Below, one piece after another: positions 1 to 8,240 of a stretch of DNA of 14,118 nt; within the stretch, counting starts at the first letter, position 1, and the number at the start of each line of letters is the position of its first letter. Under the pieces are notes generated by a model, which was not told where the DNA came from, ran no database searches, and was given only the letters and a program-made list of their open reading frames with translations. This DNA is from Candidatus Micrarchaeia archaeon (GTDB taxonomy: Archaea; Micrarchaeota; Micrarchaeia; Anstonellales; Bilamarchaeaceae). The stretch spans positions 1 to 14,118 of the forward strand of contig JBKHJL010000029.1 in the NCBI GenBank assembly GCA_046538155.1, read 5' to 3'. The position numbers and the translations under genes were made by a program.

Positions 1-30
1 TCATCCAGCATGTTAATGAGGTAGTTTAGT

Positions 31-459
31 ATGGAAGAAGAAAAGAAGGTTGAGAAAGCCGAGGAGGCCGGAGAAACCACAGCCGTGGAAAGGAAAGAGA
101 GAGTGAAATCCAAGCATAAAGTAATACGAAAGAGAAAATCAAAAAAGGAGAAGGAGAATCCTCTTTTTAGCGCAATCCGCCTCGCTGTGGAAAGCGGAAA
201 AGTGGGCTTTGGCTCCAGGAAGGGAATACGTGACCTTGCCCTAGGAAAAACAAAGCTCATTGTACTTGCAGGAAATACTCCGCAGAATCTCAAAGAAGAC
301 ATCCACAGGTACTCAGATTTGTCTGAAATACCCAGAGTAAATTTTCCCGGCTCAAGCCTGGAACTTGGCTCCATCTGCGGGAAGCCATTCCCGGTTGCCC
401 TGCTTGCAGTTTATGATGAAGGCGTTTCCAACATAATGGAATTTGGGAAAAAGAAGTGA
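31..459 (+). CDS. rpl30e: 50S ribosomal protein L30e (eL30) with charged N-terminal extension
   Basis: L30e motifs AVESGKVGFGS and FPGSSLELGSICGKPFPVALLAVYDEG; GAGGT RBS at 18-22; canonical position upstream of nusA-rps12. Confidence 0.96.
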   Translation: MEEEKKVEKAEEAGETTAVERKERVKSKHKVIRKRKSKKEKENPLFSAIRLAVESGKVGFGSRKGIRDLALGKTKLIVLAGNTPQNLKEDIHRYSDLSEIPRVNFPGSSLELGSICGKPFPVALLAVYDEGVSNIMEFGKKK

Positions 460-463
460 GTAA

Positions 464-892
464 GTGGAGATTACTGGAGAAGAGCTCAAGCTGATGAATC
501 TCTTTGAGTCTGTTACAGGAGTTATGCCATCAGACCTGATTGTAATGGAGGAGGGAACAGTTTTTCTGGTGGACCCGCCCATTCTCGGAAAGGCTATAGG
601 CAAGAAAGGAAACAATGTCCAGCGCCTCAAGCAGCGCATGAAGAGGAACGTACTTGTTTCAAAGAATGCTAATGATCCGGAGGCGTTTATACGGGGTTTT
701 TTCAACAATGTGGAAATCTTATCCTTTGAAATAAGAGAGGCCCCCGGACAAAAAGTAGCATTCATAACAGTGCCTGATTCTCAGAGGGGCATAGCAATAG
801 GGAAGTCAGGCCTCAGGGTAAAGGCAGCAAAGAAATTCCTCAAAAAGAAGTTTGGGGTTGATTTGAGCCTTAGAACAAGGAGAGTAGGGTGA
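464..892 (+). CDS. nusA: Archaeal NusA-like KH-domain transcription factor (GTG start)
   Basis: Two KH GxxG motifs (GKAIGKKGNNV, GIAIGKSGLRV); synteny between rpl30e and rps12. Confidence 0.95.
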   Translation: MEITGEELKLMNLFESVTGVMPSDLIVMEEGTVFLVDPPILGKAIGKKGNNVQRLKQRMKRNVLVSKNANDPEAFIRGFFNNVEILSFEIREAPGQKVAFITVPDSQRGIAIGKSGLRVKAAKKFLKKKFGVDLSLRTRRVG

Positions 893-908
893 AGGCATGA
901 TAATAAGG

Positions 909-916
909 TTTATAAA
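909..916 (+). promoter_or_regulatory. Putative internal TATA box for rps12-rps7-aEF-2
   Basis: TTTATAAA in the 74-bp nusA-rps12 gap; GGTGA RBS at 958-962. Confidence 0.55.
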
Positions 917-966
917 TAAATCGACGCTAAATCTTAGAACACCCTCACATTTTCTTTGGTGATTAT

Positions 967-1395
967 ATGGGAAATGGTGAATTTGCAGGTAGAAACATAA
1001 AAAGAACCAGAAAAAGGCAAAGATGGCTTCGCAAGAAGTGGAAAAGGAAGGCCCTCAACCTTAAGGATAAGTACGACCCTCTGGAAGGGGCTCCCCAGGC
1101 AAGCGGGATTGTCCTTGAAAAAGTCGTGCTTGAGCAGAAGCAGCCACATTCAGGCCTGATTAAATGTGTAAGGGTCCAGCTGATAAAAAACGGAAAAGTT
1201 GTAACTGTTTTTGCCCCCAGAGACAAGGCAATTACCTTCATAGATGAGCACGACACCGTAGTTATTGCGGGACTCGGAGGTTCTCAGAGGGGACAGATGG
1301 GTTCTATTCCCGGAGTCAGATATAAAGTAGTGAGTGTAAACGGGGTAGACCTGCAGTCCCTCAGGCACGGGAAGAAGGAGAAACCCAAGAGGTAG
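967..1395 (+). CDS. rps12: 30S ribosomal protein S12 (uS12, archaeal type)
   Basis: [50 protein letters not shown]; several conserved residues altered (see findings). Confidence 0.98.
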   Translation: MGNGEFAGRNIKRTRKRQRWLRKKWKRKALNLKDKYDPLEGAPQASGIVLEKVVLEQKQPHSGLIKCVRVQLIKNGKVVTVFAPRDKAITFIDEHDTVVIAGLGGSQRGQMGSIPGVRYKVVSVNGVDLQSLRHGKKEKPKR

Positions 1396-2007
1396 ATGTT
1401 TATGAAGTTGTTTGGAAAATATGAACTTGATGGTATTGAAGTAAGGGACTTGAGCCTGAAAAGCTCCCTCTCGTTTGAAGACATCAACTATCGTGCACAT
1501 ACATTTGGAAGACATGCAAAAAAGCAGCATGCAAAGAACAAGGTTAACGTGGTGGAGCGGCTTACTAACAAGCTGATGAGGGGCGGAACCGGTGAAAAAA
1601 CTTCAGGAAAGGTAATCCGGACCAATGGAAGGCTGCAGGGAAAGAAGCAACAGGTTCTGAAAGTTGTTGAGAAGGCATTTGACATTGTTGCGGAAAAAAC
1701 AGGGAAAAACCCTGTTCAGGTACTTGTGGACGGCCTTGAGAACTCCGCACCCAGGGAAGAGGTTACCCGTGTTTCATATGGGGGGGTGAGCTACCAGATT
1801 GCGGTTGATTCCTCCTCATCAAGGAGGCTTGACCTTGCTCTCAGAAACATGACTCTTGCCGCACTTATGCGGGCATTCAAAAACCCCGTTTCTATATCAG
1901 AATCTCTTGCAGATGAGATAATCTACTCTGCAAATAATGATGTGCAGAACAGTTTTGCGATAAAGAAGCGTGATGAAGCCGAAAGGATGGCGAGGAGCGC
2001 GAGGTAG
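1396..2007 (+). CDS. rps7: 30S ribosomal protein S7 (uS7); true start may be ATG 1402
   Basis: VERLTNKLMR, NPVQVLVDGLENSAPREE, FAIKKRDEAERMARSAR; abuts the rps12 stop; GAGGT at 1389-1393. Confidence 0.98.
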   Translation: MFMKLFGKYELDGIEVRDLSLKSSLSFEDINYRAHTFGRHAKKQHAKNKVNVVERLTNKLMRGGTGEKTSGKVIRTNGRLQGKKQQVLKVVEKAFDIVAEKTGKNPVQVLVDGLENSAPREEVTRVSYGGVSYQIAVDSSSSRRLDLALRNMTLAALMRAFKNPVSISESLADEIIYSANNDVQNSFAIKKRDEAERMARSAR

Positions 2008-2051
2008 GCCCTCCCTACTTTCCTTTATTTTATGAATTTTTGGTGAAGATT

Positions 2052-4244
2052 ATGGTAAGGAAAGAAGTCGTAGTTGACGAAGTGCAGAGGATAATGGAAA
2101 AAACTGAAAACGTAAGGAATATTGCAATCATTGCTCATGTTGACCATGGAAAAACCACCCTGACAGATTCCCTGGTAGCAAGAGCAGGCCTTATCTCCAA
2201 GGAGCTGGCAGGGGAGCAGCGCATGATGGATTATGATGAGCAGGAGCAGGCAAGAGGGATAACAATCAAATCTGCAAACATCTCACTTGGGTTCAAGTAT
2301 GATGGGGAAACCCACCTTATCAACCTTATAGATACCCCCGGTCACGTTGATTTCGGAGGCCATGTTACCAGGGCGCTTCGTGCAGTAGATGGTGTATGCC
2401 TGGTGGTGGATGCGGTTGAGGGAGTTATGCCCCAGACTGAAACTGTGCTCAGGCAGGCCCTTAAAGAGAGGGCCAAGCCAATTGTTTTCATAAACAAGGT
2501 GGACCGCCTCATAAACGAGATGAAGCTGGACCAGGCGGCAATGCAGGAAAAGCTGGTAAAGGTCATAACCAGCATAAACAAGATTATCCTGGCAAATGCC
2601 CCGCCGGAATTCAAAAAAGATTGGGAAGTGAAAATAGAGAATGCGAACATTGCATTCGGAAGCGCTTTTCACAAATGGGCGGTCAGTGCAGCTTCAATGA
2701 AGCGCTTTAATATTACTTTCAAGGACATTTATGAAAAGTGCAAGAATGAGGACCATCAGTTTCTGGTAGACAAATCCCCAGTTGATGATGTCCTTCTGGA
2801 GATGGTCATAACGAACCTGCCAAGTCCTGTGGTTTCCCAGAAATACAGGATGCCTGCAATCTGGAAAGGAGACCTGGAAAGCGAGCAGGGAAAGCAGATG
2901 CTGCTTTGTGACAAGGATGGAAAGGCAGTTGGTGTCTGTTTTGGAGTAGTATATGATGAGCACGCAGGTGAAGTCGGAGTAGTCAGGCTCTTTTCCGGAA
3001 AAATTGAAAAAGGAGACAGCGTGTACGTTGCATCTAAAAAGAAGTTCTACAAGATTCAGCAGGTAGGCGTGTATATGGGTCCGGACAGGGTAGCGGCAGA
3101 GCGGCTTCTTGCAGGGAACATCGGCTCAATTGTGGGAATGAAGGATATCTACATCGGAGAAACGATAAGTTCTTTTGAAGATGTTGAGCCCTTTGAGGAT
3201 ATTAAGCATGTTTCTGAGCCGGTGGTTACCAAATCCATTGAAGCAAAGGAATCAAAAGACCTGTCAAAACTTATTGAAGCCCTCAGGGGAATTTCAAAAG
3301 AAGACCCTACTCTCCATGTAAATATCAATCAGGAAACCGGGGAACATCTGATATCCGGAATGGGCGAACTCCACCTTGAGATTATTGAGTACAAGATAAG
3401 CAAGGAGAAAGGAATCGGCATTGAAACTTCCGCCCCCATTGTTGTATACAGGGAAACAATAGGCGGCAAGTCAGGAATAGTGGAGGGGAAGTCCCCCAAT
3501 AAGCACAACAGGTTCAAGATATTCGTGGAACCCATCCCCTCAAATATTGTAGAGGCCATAGAACTGGGAAAGATTCCCCAGGGAAAGCCCAAAGGAAAAG
3601 AACACGTCCAAACTCTGGTTGAACTGGGCATGGACCGCAATGAAGCAAAAGGAATCTGGGATGTTAAGGGAAGCAATATGTTTGTGGATTCCACAAAGGG
3701 TGTCCAGTACCTTAACGAAGTGCAGGAGCTTGTTATTGAAGCATTTGAAGAAGCGATGCAGAAGGGTCCGCTTGCCCAGGAAAACGTAAGCGGAGTAAAG
3801 GTTAAGCTTGATGATGCAACCCTGCACGAGGACAATGTGCACCGCGGGCCTGCCCAGGTAATACCTGCAATCAAAAGGCCGATTTACGTATGCATGATTG
3901 ATGCAGGCGTTTCTCTGATGGAACCGAAGCAGAAGGTTCTGATAACCACTCCACAGGAATACGGCGGAGAGGTAATCAACCTCATAAATGGGAAGAGGGG
4001 TCAGCTGCTTAATATGGACCAGGAAGGAGAAACCTCTACAATTCAGAGTATTATTCCTGTCTCTGAGCTGTTTGGATTCTCCAACGCTCTCAGGGGCGCA
4101 ACACAGGGAAGGTCCACATGGTACCAGGAATATTATGGGTATGATACGGTCCCCAGAGACCTCACTTCCAAGATTGTGCGGCAGATAAGGGAGAGAAAAG
4201 GACTTTCTCCTGAGCCGCCCACAAAGGAAACCTTCCTGGATTAA
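2052..4244 (+). CDS. fusA: Archaeal translation elongation factor 2 (aEF-2)
   Basis: AHVDHGKTT, RGITI, DTPGHVDF, NKVD GTPase motifs; diphthamide loop HEDNVHRGPAQ; GGTGA RBS at 2042-2046 favours ATG 2052 over TTG 2040. Confidence 0.98.
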   Translation: MVRKEVVVDEVQRIMEKTENVRNIAIIAHVDHGKTTLTDSLVARAGLISKELAGEQRMMDYDEQEQARGITIKSANISLGFKYDGETHLINLIDTPGHVDFGGHVTRALRAVDGVCLVVDAVEGVMPQTETVLRQALKERAKPIVFINKVDRLINEMKLDQAAMQEKLVKVITSINKIILANAPPEFKKDWEVKIENANIAFGSAFHKWAVSAASMKRFNITFKDIYEKCKNEDHQFLVDKSPVDDVLLEMVITNLPSPVVSQKYRMPAIWKGDLESEQGKQMLLCDKDGKAVGVCFGVVYDEHAGEVGVVRLFSGKIEKGDSVYVASKKKFYKIQQVGVYMGPDRVAAERLLAGNIGSIVGMKDIYIGETISSFEDVEPFEDIKHVSEPVVTKSIEAKESKDLSKLIEALRGISKEDPTLHVNINQETGEHLISGMGELHLEIIEYKISKEKGIGIETSAPIVVYRETIGGKSGIVEGKSPNKHNRFKIFVEPIPSNIVEAIELGKIPQGKPKGKEHVQTLVELGMDRNEAKGIWDVKGSNMFVDSTKGVQYLNEVQELVIEAFEEAMQKGPLAQENVSGVKVKLDDATLHEDNVHRGPAQVIPAIKRPIYVCMIDAGVSLMEPKQKVLITTPQEYGGEVINLINGKRGQLLNMDQEGETSTIQSIIPVSELFGFSNALRGATQGRSTWYQEYYGYDTVPRDLTSKIVRQIRERKGLSPEPPTKETFLD

Positions 4245-4246
4245 GG

Positions 4247-4290
4247 CTGCTGCTTTTCGGGCAGCAGATTCCTTCTTTATTTTCTTTTTA
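4247..4290 (+). terminator. Hairpin plus T-rich tract after aEF-2
   Basis: CTGCTGC (4247-4253) pairs with GCAGCAG (4261-4267), followed by TTCCTTCTTTATTTTCTTTTT. Confidence 0.7.
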
Positions 4291-4317
4291 TCCGGCTGGG
4301 CAGTGGTGAATGAATTC

Positions 4318-4337
4318 TATGTAACCATGGTTACATA
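4318..4337. repeat. Perfect 20-bp palindrome TATGTAACCATGGTTACATA; its 16-bp core recurs at 5032-5047
   Basis: Read directly from the sequence; self-complementary. Confidence 0.9.
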
Positions 4338-4341
4338 CTCC

Positions 4342-5124
4342 TCAAACCGCCTCCGCAATCATCCCCTGAAGTTTGTTGTCCTTCCGAAGCACCCTCCACC
4401 ATGATTTTTTCAACCGTGAAGCAACTTCATTACCAATATCCCTCTTCTTCTTGCCGAGGCTGCCAACATAATGGAACAGCAGCCCCCCCTTTTTGCAAAC
4501 TTTTCTCAAATCTCTGTAGAATTCCCTGGAATAAAGCTCCCCGGCATTGCTGAATCTTGGAGGATCATGAATAATTTTTGTAAACCTTCTCCCTTCAGAA
4601 TTCTTAATATAATCCAAGCAGTTTTCTTCCTTCACAATTTCAATGTTTTTGTTTTCAAACAGCTCCTGGCTCCATGGGTTCCACCTTGCCATTGCAAGTA
4701 CTGCAGGAGACAGTTCTATTGCCACCACCTTCCTGGCCTTTTTTGCTGCAGCTATTGCAGTATAGCCCAGCCCCATGCAGGTATCCAGCACAACATCCTG
4801 TTTACCAATCTCTAGTTTTTTTACAACCTGGTCTGAATATTCAAATACATCTTCAAAATCCTTCAAAAGATGCATCCTCGACCCATCAATTTCAAGGATG
4901 GGTTTCCCCTTCATCATCCGGAGCCTGTAAAGCCCATTATCAAATACAGCAACTTTCCAGAGCTCCTTCCCGTCCCATGCATAAACAAATTCCCCCTTAA
5001 TCTCCTCAAGCGGAATGCCTTCCAGCTCCTTTGTAACCATGGTTACAGTCTTCCCCAAGTCAAGAAACAGCCTCCTTTCCCCTCCTTTGTATTTTTCAAC
5101 TATTTCCCTGGTAAGGTAGATCAT
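4342..5124 (-). CDS. SAM-dependent methyltransferase, COG2521-like (predicted archaeal methyltransferase)
   Basis: Motif I VLDTCMGLGYTAI; IIHDPPRFSNAGELYSREFY; ARWNPWS; 4-bp ATGA overlap with serS. Confidence 0.88.
   Translation of the reverse strand: MIYLTREIVEKYKGGERRLFLDLGKTVTMVTKELEGIPLEEIKGEFVYAWDGKELWKVAVFDNGLYRLRMMKGKPILEIDGSRMHLLKDFEDVFEYSDQVVKKLEIGKQDVVLDTCMGLGYTAIAAAKKARKVVAIELSPAVLAMARWNPWSQELFENKNIEIVKEENCLDYIKNSEGRRFTKIIHDPPRFSNAGELYSREFYRDLRKVCKKGGLLFHYVGSLGKKKRDIGNEVASRLKKSWWRVLRKDNKLQGMIAEAV
5032..5047. repeat. Second copy of palindrome TGTAACCATGGTTACA, inside the methyltransferase CDS
   Basis: Identical to 4320-4335. Confidence 0.9.
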
Positions 5125-6392
5125 TTGATATCAATCCAGTCTGTTTCCATGTAATCCTGCAATACCTTGGGAATCCTTATTCCCCCGCTTTCCTGATGGT
5201 TTTCCATGAGCGCGATAAGCGCCCTTCCCACAGCCACACCGCTTCCGTTCAGGGTATGCACGAACTCGTTTTTTCCTTCCCTCCTGAATTTAATCTCTGC
5301 CCTTCTTGCCTGGAAGGTTCCGCAGGTGGAGCATGAGCTTATTTCCCGGTATTTTTCCTGACTGGGAATCCACACCTCCAAATCATATGTTTTGTTTGCA
5401 GAGAATCCCAAGTCTCCCGTGCACAATTCCATAGTCCTGTATGGGAGCTCCAGGCCCTGCAAAACTTTTTCTGCATCCAGGGTAAGGGATTCAAGCTCTC
5501 TGTAGCTTTCTTCAGGCACGGTAAATTTAACGAGTTCCACTTTACCAAACTGGTGCTGCCTCATCAGCCCCTTTATGTCCCGCCCGTATTCTCCTGCTTC
5601 TTTCCTGAAGCATTGGGTAAATGCGCAGTATTTAAGGGGAAGTTTTTCTTCTTCCAGGACTTCTTCCCGGTGTAAATTTACAAGGGGAGTTTCGGCAGTC
5701 GGAATCATCCAGAGCTGGTTTTGTTTTTCTTCTTCTGCAGTTCTGTAAAGGTCGTGCTTGAATTTTGGCAGCTGCCCCGTGCCCACAAGGCATTCTTCCT
5801 TTATCATATAAGGAAGGCTGAATTCGACATATCCTGCACTTTCTGCCATTTTAATCATATATTGACCAAGGGCACGCTCAAGTTTAGCTCCCCAGTCTTT
5901 CATCACAGTAAATCTGTGGCCGCCAAGTTTAGCTCCCCGCTCAAAATCAATAACCCCAAGCCTCGCACCAAGTTCATAATGTGATTCAACTTCTCCTTTA
6001 TACGCGTCACCCCATTTTCTCAATTCCACATTATCTTCTTCATCTTTCCCCTCCGGCACGCTTTCATGCGGAATATTTGGAATCAGAAGCATTATTTCTG
6101 TTCTTTTCTCCTCGTAGTCCTCCTCCTTTCCCTCAATTTTATCAAGTTTTTTTGCAATCTCTTCCCCCCTTTCCAGGAGTCCGCCCGCGTCTTCTCCCTT
6201 CTTTTTTGCTTCTGCTATCTTTGGACCGAGTCTGTTCCTTTCAGCCCTGAGCTCATCTGCCTCCCCCTTCTCTTTTCTCCATTCTTCATCAAGTTCAATG
6301 AGTTTGTCAACCACGCTTTTATCCCCACCTCTCAGTGCAATTGCCTTCCGTATTCTTTCCGGCTCTTTTCTGAGCACTTCCTTGTCAATCAT
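5121..6392 (-). CDS. serS: Serine--tRNA ligase (standard/bacterial-type class II SerRS)
   Basis: N-terminal coiled coil; IPTAE; motif 2 FRKEAGEYGRDIKGLMRQHQFGKVE; EISSCS; motif 3 HTLNGSGVAVGR. Confidence 0.98.
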   Translation of the reverse strand: MIDKEVLRKEPERIRKAIALRGGDKSVVDKLIELDEEWRKEKGEADELRAERNRLGPKIAEAKKKGEDAGGLLERGEEIAKKLDKIEGKEEDYEEKRTEIMLLIPNIPHESVPEGKDEEDNVELRKWGDAYKGEVESHYELGARLGVIDFERGAKLGGHRFTVMKDWGAKLERALGQYMIKMAESAGYVEFSLPYMIKEECLVGTGQLPKFKHDLYRTAEEEKQNQLWMIPTAETPLVNLHREEVLEEEKLPLKYCAFTQCFRKEAGEYGRDIKGLMRQHQFGKVELVKFTVPEESYRELESLTLDAEKVLQGLELPYRTMELCTGDLGFSANKTYDLEVWIPSQEKYREISSCSTCGTFQARRAEIKFRREGKNEFVHTLNGSGVAVGRALIALMENHQESGGIRIPKVLQDYMETDWIDIK

Positions 6393-6414
6393 GAAAATCC
6401 CTTCTGCATATCTC

Positions 6415-6422
6415 TATAAAAA
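6415..6422 (-). promoter_or_regulatory. Putative TATA box for a leaderless serS transcript
   Basis: TTTTTATA on the minus strand about 23 bp upstream of the ATG at 6392; no clear SD sequence. Confidence 0.45.
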
Positions 6423-6546
6423 AATCTTTAAATCCCATGGTATTCCGAAGCGCTTCCCCCTTCAGTTCAGCACGCATTTCAATCAGCCAACATCATGCTT
6501 TTAATATATTTCCATAAATACAATTTCCTACTTTGAAGGTTATTAT

Positions 6547-6621
6547 GCTCCTGTAGTCTAGCCCGGTCAAGGACACCGGACTCTCACTCCGGTAGCCCGG
6601 GTTCGAATCCCGGCGGGAGCA
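6547..6621 (+). tRNA. tRNA-Glu, anticodon CTC (6583-6585), intronless, CCA not encoded
   Basis: Acceptor GCTCCTG/CGGGAGC, anticodon stem CCGGA/TCCGG with loop CTCTCAC, T arm CCGGG-TTCGAAT-CCCGG, discriminator A. Confidence 0.97.
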
Positions 6622-6692
6622 ATTTCTTGTTTTGGGTTTTGAGTTCCCTGTTTCTGTAATGTTTATTAATTTTCCACACCACACAATACAGC

Positions 6693-7016
6693 ATGCTTAA
6701 GCAACTGCTGTTTCTTGCCTTTCTTGTGTCATTTGCATTCAGCATAGTTGCCGAGCAGTGTCCGGGCGTAAAAAATTATTGTATCCAAAAGGCCTGCACT
6801 GATTCTGGCGGGGAACTCAGGGACCAGGGCTCCTGCCTCAAAGCGGGGGGATTCAATGAAACTCATTACCAGCAGGAGCTTGATAATTGCGATATATCCT
6901 ATGAATACTGCGTTGAAAGCGATGGCCAATGGCTTAAAAACATGTCCTGCATGGGCCCAATCTCTATTCTCTTATTTGTGTCTGGGGTATCCCTTTGTGC
7001 GGCCTGTAGTCCATAA
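6693..7016 (+). CDS. Small Cys-rich secreted/surface protein with C-terminal membrane anchor
   Basis: Signal peptide-like MLKQLLFLAFLVSFAFS; 9 Cys; C-terminal CMGP plus hydrophobic segment; TTTATTAA at 6662-6669 upstream. Confidence 0.75.
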   Translation: MLKQLLFLAFLVSFAFSIVAEQCPGVKNYCIQKACTDSGGELRDQGSCLKAGGFNETHYQQELDNCDISYEYCVESDGQWLKNMSCMGPISILLFVSGVSLCAACSP

Positions 7017-8142
7017 CTCCTTTCTTCCCCTTGTAATCATCAGTTATTTTACGCGCAAGGAATACAAATCCCGCAAGCAGTATTGAACAGAATACAAAAA
7101 GTGGCTCACTTCCAAAAGCCTCCAGTGCAAACCCTGCACCAGCAAGCACAACAAACGCCGCTATATTGTAAGGTCCAAACAGTGTCGCAATCCTTGAAGA
7201 CATCCCCTTTCCACTTTCCAGAAAGTACCCTACCATTCCCTCATTTATGCCAAAGCAAACACCAAGGCCGAAGCCTGCAAGGACCAGCACTATGCTGAAA
7301 TATGCTCCGGAAACAGGCAGGAGAATCACCATGGGTATCGCAATCATCTGGAATATGAGTAGTTTATCCTCGTCCAGGTTCATTTTTGCGCTCAAAAGGC
7401 CCCCCAGGCCGATGCTTGCATAAAATGCAGTGAGCATTATTGCTATCTCAAGGTAGTCCATTTCCATCTCAATGTTCATGGTAACCGGGAGCAGAAATGT
7501 AAAAAGGAGGAGGAAGGGCATATTCAGTATCATAGCGGCAATGGCAACCTGCCAGAAGTCCTTCTGTTTTTTGCTTGCCTTCAAAAGCGATTTCCAGTCC
7601 GGCTTCTCCATGGTTGCCCCTCTGTTCTTCAGGGTAAAGGAAATAAATATTGTTACAGCACCTATGGCAATAAGAGCAAGAAATACAGATTCAAAAGAAA
7701 CATATTCAATCAGCAGGCCCGCCCCGATAAGGCCCACCGCGGCCGCAAATGCCCTCACCGCACTCATCATGCTCAGGTATTTTTTTACATGGGTCCGGGC
7801 CATTATTGCTGTCCTGTCTACGGCCCAGAAAAAGGCGCTGGTAACACCTTCGCTTATTTTTCCGATTCCGAATTGCAGAGGGGTTTTCGCAACCAGGAAA
7901 ATCACGTTGGTTATTGTATGGAATACTGTATTCGCAATAAAAAATGGTTTCGCCCCTGTAACATCCGCAGACACAGATGAGATTAGCCGCATTAGCAAAA
8001 ATGCAAGCGGCAGCAGCGAGAGGACGAGGCCGATTTCTCCAACATCTATTCCCCTGCTTATCAGGTAAAGCGGGAGGGTAACAGTAAGTGCTCCGTGCCT
8101 CAAATAGTCAAGAAAGTTCAACGCACCTATTCTTCTTAACAT
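6964..8142 (-). CDS. MFS transporter
   Basis: 392 aa with roughly 12 hydrophobic segments; motif A-like SVSADVTGAK; hydrophilic central loop. Confidence 0.88.
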   Translation of the reverse strand: MLRRIGALNFLDYLRHGALTVTLPLYLISRGIDVGEIGLVLSLLPLAFLLMRLISSVSADVTGAKPFFIANTVFHTITNVIFLVAKTPLQFGIGKISEGVTSAFFWAVDRTAIMARTHVKKYLSMMSAVRAFAAAVGLIGAGLLIEYVSFESVFLALIAIGAVTIFISFTLKNRGATMEKPDWKSLLKASKKQKDFWQVAIAAMILNMPFLLLFTFLLPVTMNIEMEMDYLEIAIMLTAFYASIGLGGLLSAKMNLDEDKLLIFQMIAIPMVILLPVSGAYFSIVLVLAGFGLGVCFGINEGMVGYFLESGKGMSSRIATLFGPYNIAAFVVLAGAGFALEAFGSEPLFVFCSILLAGFVFLARKITDDYKGKKGVMDYRPHKGIPQTQIRE

Positions 8143-8240
8143 TTTATTCCACTTTAATTTTTTGTATCTCCCGGGCGTTTCAATCCGGGTTTTTCACTTC
8201 TTCACCAACCTTTTAATTAAGTTTCCTTTCTTTTTCCATC

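Noticed and set aside
1..30. 3' end of an upstream RNA polymerase subunit gene
   Set aside because: Expected from synteny but 30 bp is too little to support a call
3825..3857. Loss of the diphthamide site in aEF-2
   Set aside because: The target His in HEDNVHRG is retained; only minor flanking variation
6493..6684. 63-aa minus-strand ORF
   Set aside because: Antisense shadow of the tRNA-Glu gene
6547..6700. Integrated element at tRNA-Glu
   Set aside because: No integrase and no duplicate of the tRNA 3' end seen in the window
7472..8068. 198-aa plus-strand ORF and similar antisense ORFs over aEF-2, serS and PDO
   Set aside because: Shadow ORFs opposite well-supported genes
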